Shown: piece after piece, positions 51,278 through 63,657 of the stretch
Layout: every line of letters begins with the position of its first letter
Position numbering within the stretch: position 1 is the first letter of the stretch
Assembly: GCF_018350175.1 (NCBI RefSeq)
Contig: NC_058368.1
Coordinates: forward strand, 69,132,001-69,196,000
Reading direction: 5' to 3'
DNA: 64,000 bases
DNA from: Felis catus
Taxonomy: Eukaryota
Notes under the pieces: generated by a model
Seen by the model: the letters and a program-made list of their open reading frames with translations, nothing else
Database searches by the model: none
Told to the model about the DNA's origin: nothing
Translations under genes and position numbers: made by a program

Positions 51278-51981
51278 AGAGCGGAGCTGTCACACTGAGC
51301 CCCGCCCAACTGGGCCAACTTTGCTCTTCAGGAACACAAATCTCACCGCCGGCTTAACTTATGGACTATAAAGAGCTACATAGACTGACTTCTAGGGGAA
51401 AACGAAGCAATTTCAGTCCTACTGCAATCTGTTAGCAGGTTCATCTACTCAATTTTCTTTCTTTTTTCTTCTCTTTTACACTTCTTTTCTTTTTCATGAA
51501 TACAGAAAGAGAAAAAATTCATTTTTATTTTGAATTTTTATTAAAAATATCTTTCTTTAATTTGTATTACTATATTTTTAATTTTGGTGTCAATTTTTTC
51601 AAATTCTACTTTACCTCCATCATTCTATTTTAGTCTACTTCAGTGTATTCACCTTTTCAAATTTTCAAACAAATTCCTTTTTTTCTTTCTTTTCCTTTTT
51701 TTCTCTTTTTGTTTCTTTTTTTTCTTGAATGCAGAAAATGGAAAACTTCGTTTCTACTTTCAATTTCTATTAAAAATATTCTTATTTAATTTGCATCACT
51801 ATATATTTTGCTTTTATGTAAATTTTTTCAAATTCTATTTTACTTCCATCATTTTGTTTCAGTCTACTACAGTATATTCACTTTTTCAAATTTTCAAACG
51901 ACTTCTTTTTTCTTTTTTTCTATTTTTTAATCTTTTTTCTCTTTTTCATTTCTTTTCTTTTCTCTTAAATACAGAAAATGA

Positions 51982-52908
51982 GGGGGGAAGAAGATGGCGG
52001 CGTAGGAGGACGCTGGGCTCACCGCGCGTCCTGCTGATCACTTAGATTCCACCTACACCTGCCTAAATAACCCAGAAAACCGCCAGAGGATTAGCAGAAC
52101 TGAGTTGCCGGAGCCAAGCGCAGACGAGAGGCCCACGGAAGAGGGTAGGAAGGGTGGCGAGGCGGTGCGCGCTCCACGGACTGGCGGGAGGGAGCCGGGG
52201 CGGAGGGGCGGCTCGCCGGCCAAGCAGAGCCCCCGAGTCTGGCTTGCAAAAGCGGAGGGGCCTGGCGGACTGTGTTCCGACAGCAAGCACGACTTAATGT
52301 CTGGGAGGTCATAAGTTAACAGCTCTGCCCGGAAAGCGGGAAGGCTGGAGGACAAAGGGAGGGAGAGCTGCTGAGCCCCCGGACCACAGAGCTCAGTTTG
52401 GTGGGGAACAAAGGCGCTCGCCAGGGCCATCTCCCCCGCCCATCCCCCAGCCAAAATCCCAGAGGGAACCAGTTCCTGCCAGGGAACTTGCTCGCTCCGC
52501 GCAAATACCCAACTCTGTGCTTCTGCGGAGCCAAACCTCCGGAAGCGGATCTGACTCCCTCCCGCTGCCACAGGACCCCTCCTGAAGTGGATCACCTAAG
52601 GAGAAGCGAGCTAAGCCTGCCCCTCCTGCCCCCGTGCACCTTGCCTACCCACCCCAGCTAATACGCCAGATCCCCAGCATCACAAGCCTGGCAGTGTGCA
52701 AGTAGCCCAGACGGGCCACGCCACTCCACAATGAATCCCGCCCCTAGGAGAGGGGAAGAGAAGGCACACACCAGTCTGACTGTGGCCCCAGCAGTGGGCT
52801 GGGGGTAGACATCAGGTCGGACTGCGGCCCCACCCACCAACTCCAGTTATACACCACAGCACAGGAGAAGTGCCCTGCAGGTCCTCACCATGCCAGGGAC
52901 TATCCAAA
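51982..52908 (+). promoter_or_regulatory. Inner L1 5'UTR internal Pol II promoter, CpG-rich, with YY1 motif AAGATGGCGG at 51991-52000
   Basis: High GC and CpG density; YY1 consensus about 10 nt from the element start, as is typical of L1 promoters. Confidence 0.8.
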
Positions 52909-53803
52909 ATGACCAAGCGGAAGAATTCCCCTCAGAAGAATCTCCAGGAAATAACAACAGCTAATGAACTGATCAAAAAGGATTTAAATAATATAACAGA
53001 AAGTGAATTTAGAATGATAGTCATAAAATTAATCATTGGGCTTGAAAACAGTATAGAAGACAGCAGAGAATCTCTTGCTACAGAGATCAAGGGACTAAGG
53101 AGCAGTCACGAGGAGCTGAAAAACGCTTTAAACGAAATACATAACAAAATGGAAACCACCACGGCTCGGATTGAAGAGGCAGAGGAGAGAATAGGTGAAC
53201 TAGAAGATAAAGTTATGGAAAAAGAGGAAGCTGAGAGAAAGAGAGATAAAAAAAATCCAGGAGTATGAGGGGAAAATTAGAGAACTAAGTGACACACTAA
53301 AAAGAAATAATATACGCATAATTGGTATCCCAGAGGAGGAAGAGAGAGGGAAAGGTGCTGAAGGGGTACTTGAAGAAATTATAGCTGAGAACTTCCCTGA
53401 ACTGGAGAAGGAAAAAGGCATTGAAATCCAAGAGGCACAGAGAACTCCCTTCAGACGTAACTTGAATCGATCTTCTGCACGACATATCATAGTGAAACTG
53501 GCAAAATACAAGGATATAGAGAAAATTCTGAAAGCAGCAAGGGGTAAACGTGTCCTCACATATAAAGGGAGACCTATAAGACTCGTGACTGATCTCTCTT
53601 TTGAAACTTGGCAGGCCAGAAAGGATTGGCACGATATTTTCAGTGTGCTAAACAGGAAAAATATGCAGCCGAGAATCCTTTATCCAGCAAGTCTGTCATT
53701 TAGAATAGAAGGAGAGATAAAGGTCTTTCCAAACAAACAAAAACTGAAGGAATTCATCACCACTAAACCAGCCCTACAAGAGATCCTAAGGGGGATCCTG
53801 TGA
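52909..53803 (+). pseudogene. Inner L1 ORF1p (RNA-binding chaperone), one +1 frameshift
   Basis: MTKRKNSPQK..coiled coil..RHIIVKL..RILYPASLSF..KPALQEIL; span of 895 nt is 3n+1, with an A8 run at 53248-53255 where the frame breaks. Confidence 0.93.
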
Positions 53804-53853
53804 GACAAGGTACCAGAGACATCGCTACAAGCATAAAACACACAGACATCACA

Positions 53854-56800
53854 ATGACTCTAAACCCATATCTTTCTATAATAACACTGAATGCAAATGG
53901 ATTAAATGCACCAACCAAAAGACACAGGGTATCAGAATGGATAAAAAAACAAGACCCATCTATTTGCTGTCTACAAGAGACTCATTTTAGATCTGAGGAC
54001 ACCTTTAGATTGAGAGTGAGGGGATGGAGAACTATTTATCATGCTACTGGAAGCCAAAAGAAAGTTGGAGTACCCATACTTATATCAGACAAACTAGACT
54101 TTAAATTAAAGGCTGTAACAAGAGATGAAGAAGGGCATTATATAATAATTGCAGGGTCTATCCATCAGGAAGAGCTAACAATTATAAATGTCTATGTGCC
54201 GAATACCGGAGCCCCCAAATATATAAAACAATTACTCATAAACATAAGCAACCTTATTGATAAGAATGTGGTAATTGCAGGGGACTTTAACACCCCACTT
54301 ACAGAAATGGATAGATCATCTAGACACACGGTCAATAAAGAAACAAGGGCCCTGAATGATACATTGGATCAGATGGACTTGACAGATATATTTAGAACTC
54401 TGCATCCCAAAGCAACAGAATATACTTTCTTCTCAAGTGCACATGGAACATTCTCCAAGATAGATCATATACTGGGTCACAAAACAGCCCTTCATAAGTT
54501 TACAAGAATTGAAATTATACCATGCATACTTTCAAACCACAATGCTATGAAGCTTGAAATCAACCACAGGAAAAAGTCTGGAAAACCTCCAAAAGCATGG
54601 AGGTTAAAGAACACCCTACTAACTAATGAGTGGGTCAACCAGGCAATTAGAGAAGAAATTAAAAAATATATGGAAACAAACGAAAATGAAAATACAACAA
54701 TCCAAATGCTTTGGGGTGCAGCGAAGGCAGTCCTGAGAGGAAATACATTGCAATCCAGGCCTATCTCAAGAAACAAGAAAAATCCCAAATACAAAATCTA
54801 ACAGCACACCTAAAGGAACTAGAAGCAGAACAGCAAAGGCAGCCTAAACCCAGCAGAAGAAGAGAAATAATAAAGATCAGAGCAGAAATAAACAATATAG
54901 AATCTAAAAAAACTGTACAGCAGATCAATGAAACCAAGAGTTGGTTTTTTGAAAAAATAAACAAAATTGACAAACCTCTAGCCAGGCTTCTCAAAAAGAA
55001 AAGGGAGATGACCCAAATAGATAAAATCATGAATGAAAATGGAATTATTACAACCAATCCCTCAGAGATACAAACAATTATCAGGGAATACTATGAAAAA
55101 TTATATGCCAACAAATTGGACAACCTGGAAGAAATGGACAAATTCCTAAACACCCACACTCTTCCAAAACTCAATCAGGAGGAAATAGAAAGCTTGAACA
55201 GACCCATAACCAGCGAAGAAATTGAATCGGTTATCAAAAATCTCCCAACAAATAAGAGTCCACGACCAGATGGCTTCCCAGGGGAGTTCTACCAGACGTT
55301 TAAAGCAGAGATAATACCTATCCTTCTCAAGCTATTCCAAGAAATAGAAAGGGAAGGAAAACTTCCAGACTCATTCTATGAAGCCAGTATTACTTTGATT
55401 CCTAAACCAGACAGAGACCCAGTAAAAAAAGAGAACTACAGGCCAATATCCCTGATGAATATGGATGCAAAAATTCTCAATAAGATACTAGCAAATCGAA
55501 TTCAACGGCATATAAAAAGAATTATTCACCATGATCAAGTGGGATTCATTCCTGGGATGCAGGGCTGGTTCAACATTCGCAAATCAATCAACGTGATACA
55601 TCACATTAACAAAAAAAAAGAGAAGAACCATATGATCCTGTCAATCGATGCAGAAAAGGCCTTTGACAAAATCCAGCACCGTTTCTTAATAAAAACCCTT
55701 GAGAAAGTCGGGATAGAAGGAACATACTTAAAGATCATAAAAGCCATTTATGAAAAGCCCACAGCTAACATCATCCTCAATGGGGAAAAACTGAGAGCTT
55801 TTTCCCTGAGATCAGGAACACGACAGGGATGCCCACTCTCACCGCTGTTGTTTAACATAGTGCTGGAAGTTCTAGCATCAGCAATCAGACAATAAAAGGA
55901 AACCAAAGGCATCAAAATTGGCAAAGATGAAGTCAAGCTTTCGCTTTTTGCAGATGATGTGATATTATACATGGAAAATCCAATAGACTCCACCAAAAGT
56001 CTGCTAGAACTGATACATGAATTCAGCAAAGCTGCAGGATACAAAATCAATGTACAGAAATCAGTTGCATTCTTATACACTAACAATGAAGCAACAGAAA
56101 GACAAATAAAGAAACTGATCCCATTCACAATTGCACCAAGAAGCATAAAATACCTAGGAATAAATATAACCAAAGATGTAAAACATCTGTATGCTGAAAA
56201 CTATAGAAAGCTTATGAAGGTAATTGAAGAAGATATAAAGAAATGGAAAGACATTCCCTGCTCATGGATTGGAAGAATAAATATTGTCAAAATGTCAATA
56301 CTACCCAAAGCTATCTACACATTCAATGCAATCCCGATCAAAATTGCACTAGCATTCTTCTCGAAGCTAGAACAAGCAATCCTAAAATTCATATGGAACC
56401 ACAAAAGGCCCCGAATAGCCAAAGGAATTTTGAAGAAGACCAAAGCAGGAGGCATCACAATCCCAAACTTTAGCCTCTACTACAAAGCTGTCATCATCAA
56501 GACAACATGGTATTGGCACAAAAACAGACACATAGACCAATGGAATAGAATAGAAACCCCAGAACTAGACCCACAAACGTATGGCCAACTCATCTTTGAC
56601 AAAGCAGGAAAGAACATCCAATGGAAAAAAGACAGCCTCTTTAACAAATGGTGCTGGGAGAACTGGGCAGCAACATGCAGAAGGTTGAAACTAGACCACT
56701 TTCTCACACCATTCACAAAAATAAACTCAAACTGGATAAAGGACCTGAATGTGAGACAGGAAACCATCAAAACCTTAGAGGAGAAAGCAGGAAAAGACCT

Positions 56801-57674
56801 CTCTGACCTCAGCCGTAGCAATCTCTTACTCGACACATCCCCAAAGGCAAGGGAATTAAAAGCAAAAGTGAATTACTGGGACCTTATGAAGATAAAAAGC
56901 TTCTGCACAGCAAAGGAAACAACCAACAAAACTAAAAGGCAACCAACGGAATGGGAAAAGATATTTGCAAATGACATATTGGACAAAGGGCTAGTATCCA
57001 AAATTTATAAAGAGCTCACCAAACTCCACACCCGAAAAACAAATAACCCAGTGAAGAAATGGGCAGAAAACATAAAAAGACACTTCTCTAAAGAAGACAT
57101 CCGGATGGCCAATAGGCACATGAAAAGATGTTCAACGTCACTCCTTATCAGGGAAATACAAATCAAAACCACACTCAGATATCACCTCACGCCAGTCAGA
57201 GTGGCCAAAATGAACAAATCAGGAGACTATAGATGCTGGAGAGGATGTGGAGAAACGGGAACCCTCGTGCACTGTTGGTGGGAATGCAAATTGGTGCAGC
57301 CACTCTGGAAAGCAGTGTGGAGGTTCCTCAGAAAATTAAAAATAGACCTACCCTATGACCCAGCAATAGCACTACTAGGAATTTATCCAAGGGATACAGG
57401 AGTACTGATGCATAGGGGCACTTGTACCCCAATGTTTATAGCAGCACTCTCAACAATAGCCAAATCATGGAAAGAGCCTAAATGTCCATCAACTGATGAA
57501 TGGATAAAGAAAGTGTGGTTTATATACACAATGGAATACTAAGTGGCAATGAGAAAGAATGAAATATGGCCTTTTGTAGCAACGTGGATGGAACTGGAGA
57601 GTGTGATGCTAAGTGAAATAAGCCATACAGAGAAAGACAGATACCATATGGTTTCACTCTTATGTGGATCCTAA
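53854..57674 (+). pseudogene. Inner L1 ORF2p (endonuclease, reverse transcriptase, C-terminal Cys-rich domain), disrupted
   Basis: [62 protein letters not shown]; frameshift near 54741 and premature TAA at 55893 and 57540. Confidence 0.95.
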
Positions 57675-58318
57675 GAAACTTAACAGAAACCCATGGGGGA
57701 AGGGAAGGAAAAATAAATAAATAAATAGAGGTTAGAGTGGGAGAGAGCCAAAACATAAGAGACTGTTAAAAACTGAGAACAAACTGAGGGTTGATAGGGG
57801 GTGGGAGGGAGAGGAGGGTGGGTGATGGGTATTGAGGAGGGCACCTTTTGGGATGAGCCCTGGGTGTTGTATGGAAACCAATTTGACAATAAATTTCATA
57901 TATTAAAAAAAACAAAATAAAATAAAATAAACACAGAAAATGAAAAAATTCATATTTATTTTTAATTTTTATTAAAAATATTTTTCTTTAGCTTTTTTCT
58001 ACTGTATTCTTTACTTTTGTGTATATTTTTCAAATTCTATTTTACTCCCATCATGTCATGTTAGTCTACTTCACTGTATTCATTTTTTCAAATTCTCAAA
58101 TGATTTCCTTTTTTTATCCCCCCCCCTTTTTTTTTACCCTAATCTGTCAAACCACTTTCAACACCCAGACTAAAACACACCTAGGATCTAGCATCATCTA
58201 TTTGATTTGTGTGTGTGTGTGTGTGTGTGTGTAATTTTTAATTCTAATAATTCTTTTATTTTAATTTTTTTAATTTCAATTTTTCTACCTCATTAATTCC
58301 TTTTCTCCCTTCAAATAG

Positions 58319-59437
58319 ATGAAACAAGGAATTCAACCCCAAAAGAAAGAGCATGAAGAAACAACAGCCAGGGATTTAGCCAACACATATACAAGCAAGA
58401 TGTCTGAACCAGAATTTAGAATCACGATAATAAGAATATTAGCTGGAGTCAAAAATAGATTTGAATCCCTTTCTGCAGAGATAAAAGAAGTAAAAAATAG
58501 CCAGAATGAAATTAAAAATGCTATAACTGAGCTGCAATCACAGATGGATACAGCAGCGGCAAGGATGGATGAGGCAGAACAGAGAATCAGTGATATAAAG
58601 GACAAACTTAGGGGCGCCTGGGTGGCTCAGTCGGTTAAGCGTCTGACTTCAGCTCAGGTCACAATCTCGCGGTCCGTGAGTTCAAGCGTCACGTCAGGCT
58701 CTGGGCTGATGGCTCAGAGCCTGGAGCCTGCTTCCGATTCTGTGTCTCCCTCTCTCTCTGCCCCTCCCCCGTTCATGCTCTGTCTCTCTCTGTCTCAAAA
58801 ACAAATAAAAAAAATTTTTTTAAATAAAATAAAATAAAGGACAAACTTGCAGAGAATAACGAAGCAGAAAAAAAAGAGGGAGATTAAGGCAAAAAAGCAC
58901 AATTTAAGAATTAGAGAAATCAGTGACTCATTAAAAAGGAACAACATCAGAATCACAGGGGTCCCAAAAGAGGAAGAGAGAGAAATAGGGGTAGAAGGAT
59001 TATGTGAGCAAATCATAGGGGAAAACTTTCTTAACCTGGGGAAAGACACAGACATCAAAATCCAAGAAGCACAGAGGACCCCCATTAGATTCAACAAAAA
59101 CTGACCATTAACAAGGCATATCATAGTGAAATTCACAAAATACTCAGACAAGGATAGAATCATGAAAGCAGCAAGGGAAAAAAAGTCCCTAACCTACAAG
59201 GGAAGACAGATCAGGTTTGCAGAAGACCTATCCACAGAAACTTGGCAGGTCAGAAAGGAGTGGTGGGATATATTCAGTGTGCTGAATCAGAAAAGTATGC
59301 AGCCTAGAAATCTTTATCCAGCAAGGCTGTCATTCAAAATAGAAGGAGAGATCAAAAGTTTCCCAGACAAACAAAAATTAAAGGAGTTTGTGACCACTAA
59401 ACCAGGCTTGCAAGAAATTTTAAGGGGGAATCTCTGA
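58319..59437 (+). pseudogene. Outer L1 ORF1p, disrupted by a SINE, frameshifts and a stop
   Basis: MSEPEFRITIIRILAG, KRNNIRITGVP, GENFLNLGK, RNLYPARLSF, KPGLQEIL in separate ORF pieces. Confidence 0.9.
58611..58833 (+). mobile_element. Can-SINE inserted in outer L1 ORF1
   Basis: Perfect TSD ataaaggacaaactt at 58595-58609 and 58834-58848. Confidence 0.95.
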
Positions 59438-59550
59438 GGGGATAAAAGCTGGAAAAAAAAATATACATATATATATATACACCAACAGCAACAAAAGATT
59501 AGAAAGGACCAGAGAACACCACCAGAAACTCCAACTCTACAAGCATCATA

Positions 59551-62500
59551 ATGACAATAAATTGATATCTTTCAGTACTCACTCTAAATGTCAATGGACT
59601 CAATGCTCCAATCAAAAGACATATGGTAACAAAATAGATAAGAAAACAAGATCCATCTATATGCTGTTTACAAGAGACCCCTTTAGACCTAAAGACACCT
59701 TCAGATTGAAAATAAGGGGATGGAGAACCATCTATCATGCTAATGATCAACAAAAGAAAGCCAGAGTAGCCATACTTATATCAGAAAATCTAGATTTTAT
59801 TTTCTTTTATTTATTTTTAATATTTTTTTAACATTTATTTATTTTTGAGACAGAGAGAGACAGAGCATGAATGGGAGAGGGTCAGAGAGAGGGAGACACA
59901 GAATCTGAAACAGGCTCCAGGCTCCGAGCTGTCAACACAGAGCCTGATGCAGGGCTTGAACTCACCGACTGTGAGATCATGACCTGAGCCAAAGTCGGCC
60001 ACTTAACAGACTGAGCCACCCAGGCGCCCCTGGACAATCTAGACTTTAAAATAAAGACTGTATCAAGAGATGCAGAAGGGCATTATATCATAATTAATGG
60101 GTCTATCCACCAAGAAAACCTAACAATTGTAAACATTTATGCACCAAATGTGAGAGCACATATATAATATATATAAATATATAAATTTATAAATATATGT
60201 ATATATCAATTAATCACAAACATAAAGAAACTCATTGATAGTAATACCATAATAGTAGGAGACATCAACACCCCACTCCCAGCAAGGGACAGATCATCTA
60301 ATCAAAAAATCAACAAGGAAACAATGGCTTTGAATGACACACTGGACCAGATGGACTTAACAGATATATTCAGAACATTTCATCCTAAAGCAGCAGAATA
60401 TACATTCTTCTCCAGTGCACATGGAATGTTCTCCAGAATAGACCATATACTGGGCCACAAATCAGCCCTAAGTAAGTACAAAAAGATCGAGATCATACAA
60501 TGCATATTTTCAGACCACAACGCTACAAAACTCAAAATCAACCACAAGAAAAAATTTGGAAAGGGAACAAATACTTGGAGACAGAAGAACATCCTACTGC
60601 AGAATGAATGGGCTAACCAAGCAGTTAAAGAGGAAATTAAAAAGTATATGGAAGCCAATGAAAATGATAACACCACAGCCCAAAACCTTTGGGACGCAGC
60701 AAGGGCGGTCATAAGAGGAAAGTATATGGTAGTCCAGGCCTTCCTAAAGAAGGAAGAAAGATCTCAGATACACAACCTAACCTTACACTTTAAGGAGCTG
60801 GAAAAAGAGCAGCAAATAAAATACCAAACCAGCAGAAGACAGGAAATAATAAAGATTCGAGCAGAAATTAATGCTATCGAAACCAAAAAAACAGAACAGA
60901 TCAATGAAACCAGAAGCTGGTTCTTTGAAAGAATTAACAAAATTGATAAACCACTAGCCAGTTTGATCAAGAAGAAAAAGGAAAGGACCCAAATAAATAA
61001 AATCAAGAATGAAAGAGGAGAGATCACAACCAACACAACAGAAATAAAAACAATAATAAGAGAATATTATGAGCAATTATATGCCAATAAAATGGGTAAT
61101 CTGGAAGAAATGGACAAATTCCTAGAAACATATACACTACCAAAACTGAAACAGGAAGAAATAGAAAATTTGAACAGACCCATAACCAGTAAGGAAATTG
61201 AATCAGTAATCAAAAATCTGCCAAAAAACAAGAGTCCAGGGCCAGATGGCTTTCCAAGGGAATTCTACCAAACATTTAAGGAAGAGTTAACACCTATTCT
61301 CTTGAAACTGTTCCAAAAAATAGAAATGGAAGGAAAACTTCCAAACTCATTCTATGAATCCAGCATTACCTTGATTCCAAAAACCAGACAGAGACCTCAC
61401 TAAAAAGGAGAACTATAGACCAATTTCCCTATGAACATGGATGCAAAAATCCTCAACAAGATATTAGCCAACTGGCTTCAACAATACATTAAAAAAATTA
61501 TCCACCACGACCAAGTGGGATTTATACCTGGGATGCAGGGCTGGTTCAATATCCACAAAACAATTAACGTGATTCATCACATCAATAAAAGAAAGGACAG
61601 GAACCATATGATCCTCTCAATAGATGCAGAGAAAGCATTTGACAAAATACAGCATCCCTTCTTGATAGAAACCCTCAAGAAAGTAGGGATAGAAGGAGCA
61701 TATCTTGAAATCATAAAAGCCATATATGAATGACCCAATGGTAATATCATCCTCGATGGGGAAAAACTGAGAGCTTTCCCCCTAAGGTCAGGAACAACAC
61801 AGGGATGTCCACTCTCACCATGGTTATTCAACATAGTATTGGAAGTCTCAGCCTCTGCAATCAGACAACGCAAAGAAATAAAAGGCATCCAAATCAGCCA
61901 GGAGGAGGTCAAACTTTCACTCTTCGCAGATGACATGATACTCTATATGGAAAACCCAAAAGATTCCACCAAAAAGCTGCTAGGACTGAATCATATATTC
62001 AGCAAAGTCGCAGGATATAAAATTAATGCACAGAAATCGGTTGCATTCCTATACACCAAAAATGAAGCAACAGAAAGAGAAATCAAGGAATTGATCCCAT
62101 TTACAGTTGCACAAAAAACCATAAGATACCTAGGAATAAATCTAACCAAAGAGGTGAAAAATCTAAACACTGAAAACTATAGAAAGCTTACGAAAGAAAT
62201 TGAAGAAGACACAAAAAAATGGAAAAATATTCCATGCTCCTTGATAGGAAGAACAAATGTTGTTGAAATGTCGATACTACCCAAAGCAATCTACATATTC
62301 AATGCAATCCCTATCAAAGTAACACCAGCATTCTCCACAGAGCTAGAACAAATAATTCTAAAATTTGTATGGAACCAGAAAAGACCCCGAATAGCCAAAG
62401 CAATCTTGAAAAAGAAAACCAAAGCGGGAGGCATCATAATCCCAGACTTCAATTCCCAGATTACAAAGCTGTAATCATCAAGACAGTAGGGTACTGGCAC

Positions 62501-63484
62501 AAGAACAGACACTCAGATCAATGGAACAGAATAGAGAACCCAGAAACGGACCCATAAATGTATGGCCAACTAATCTTTGACAAAGCAGGAAAGAATATCC
62601 AATGGAATAAAGACAGTCTCTTCAGCAAGTGATGCTGGGAAAACTGGACAGCGACATGCAGAAGAATGAATCTGGACCACTTTTTTACACCAGACACAAA
62701 AATAAACTCAAAATGGATGAAAGACCTCAGTGTAACACAGGAAGCCATCAAAATCCTCGAGCAGAAAGCAGGCAAAAACCTCTTTGATCTTTCCCACAGC
62801 AACATCTCCAGAGGCAAGGGAAACAAAAGCAAAAATGAACTACTGGGACCTCATCAAAATAAAAAGCTTCTGCACAGCGAAGGAAACAATCAGCAAAACT
62901 AAAAGACAACCGACAGAATGGGAGAAGATATTTGCAAACGACATATCAGATAAAGGGTTAGTATCCAAAATCTATAAAGAACTTATCAAACTCAGCACCC
63001 AAAAAACAAATAATCCAGTGAAAAATGGGGAAAAGACATAAATAGACATTTCTCCAAGGAAGACATCCAGATGGCCAACCGATACATGAAAAAATGCTCA
63101 ACATCACTCATCATCAGGGAAATACAAATCAAAACCACAATGAGATATCACCTTACACCTGTCAAAATGGCTAATGTTAACAACTCGGGCAACAACAGAT
63201 GTTGGCAAGGATGCAGAGAAAGAGGATCTCTTTTGCACTGCTGGTGGGAATGCAAACTGGTGCAGCCACTGTGGAAAACAGTACGGAGTTTCCTCAAAAA
63301 ACTAAAAATAGAACTACCCTACAACCCAGCAATTGCACTCCTAGGCATTTATCCATGGGATACAGGTGTGCTATTTCAAAGGGATACATGCACCCCTATG
63401 TTTATAGCAACACTATCAACAATAGCCAAAGTATTGAAAGAGCACAAATGTCCATCAATGGATAATTGGATAAAGAAAATGTGG

Positions 63485-63518
<34 letters not shown>

Positions 63519-63657
63519 ATGGAGTATTACTCGGCAATCAACAAGAATGAAATCTTGCCATTTGCAACTACGTGGATGGAACTGGAGGATATTATGCTAA
63601 GTGAAATTAGTCAGAGAAAGACAAAAATCATATGACTTTACTCATATGAGGACTTTA
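59551..63657 (+). pseudogene. Outer L1 ORF2p, multiply disrupted
   Basis: Fragments 60324-61403, 61431-61733, 61839-62474 (LFADDMILY), 62784-63041 and 63071-63550 (RCWQGC..HCWWEC); several stops, frameshifts, (TA)n and (CA)n expansions. Confidence 0.92.
59800..60030 (-). mobile_element. Can-SINE inserted antisense in outer L1 ORF2 endonuclease region
   Basis: TSD gaaaatctagatttta (59784-59799) / gacaatctagacttta (60033-60048). Confidence 0.93.

Larger units (their letters stand above)
51982..57928 (+). mobile_element. Full-length young felid LINE-1 (inner element, ~5.95 kb)
   Basis: CpG-rich 5'UTR, ORF1, ORF2, G-rich 3'UTR, aataaa and A tail; TSD aaatacagaaaatga (51967-51981) / aaacacagaaaatga (57929-57943). 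Confidence 0.97.
51499..58110 (+). repeat. Three ~230-240 bp AT-rich tandem units in outer L1 5'UTR; the third is split by the inner L1
   Basis: Units start aat(a/g)cagaaa at 51499, 51728 and 51968 (resuming at 57944) and share tattaaaaatat, tttttcaaattcta, agtctact. Confidence 0.85.

Noticed and set aside
51584..52045. 153-aa Phe-rich ORF that looks membrane-like
   Set aside because: Artefact of T-rich low-complexity tandem units, with a non-ATG start, crossing the L1 insertion junction
57797..57842. G-quadruplex-like tract (also 36866-36912)
   Set aside because: Ordinary G-rich tract of L1 3'UTRs, not novel
53200..62832. Several hydrophobic antisense ORFs over L1 ORF1/ORF2
   Set aside because: Expected shadow frames of A-rich L1 coding sequence
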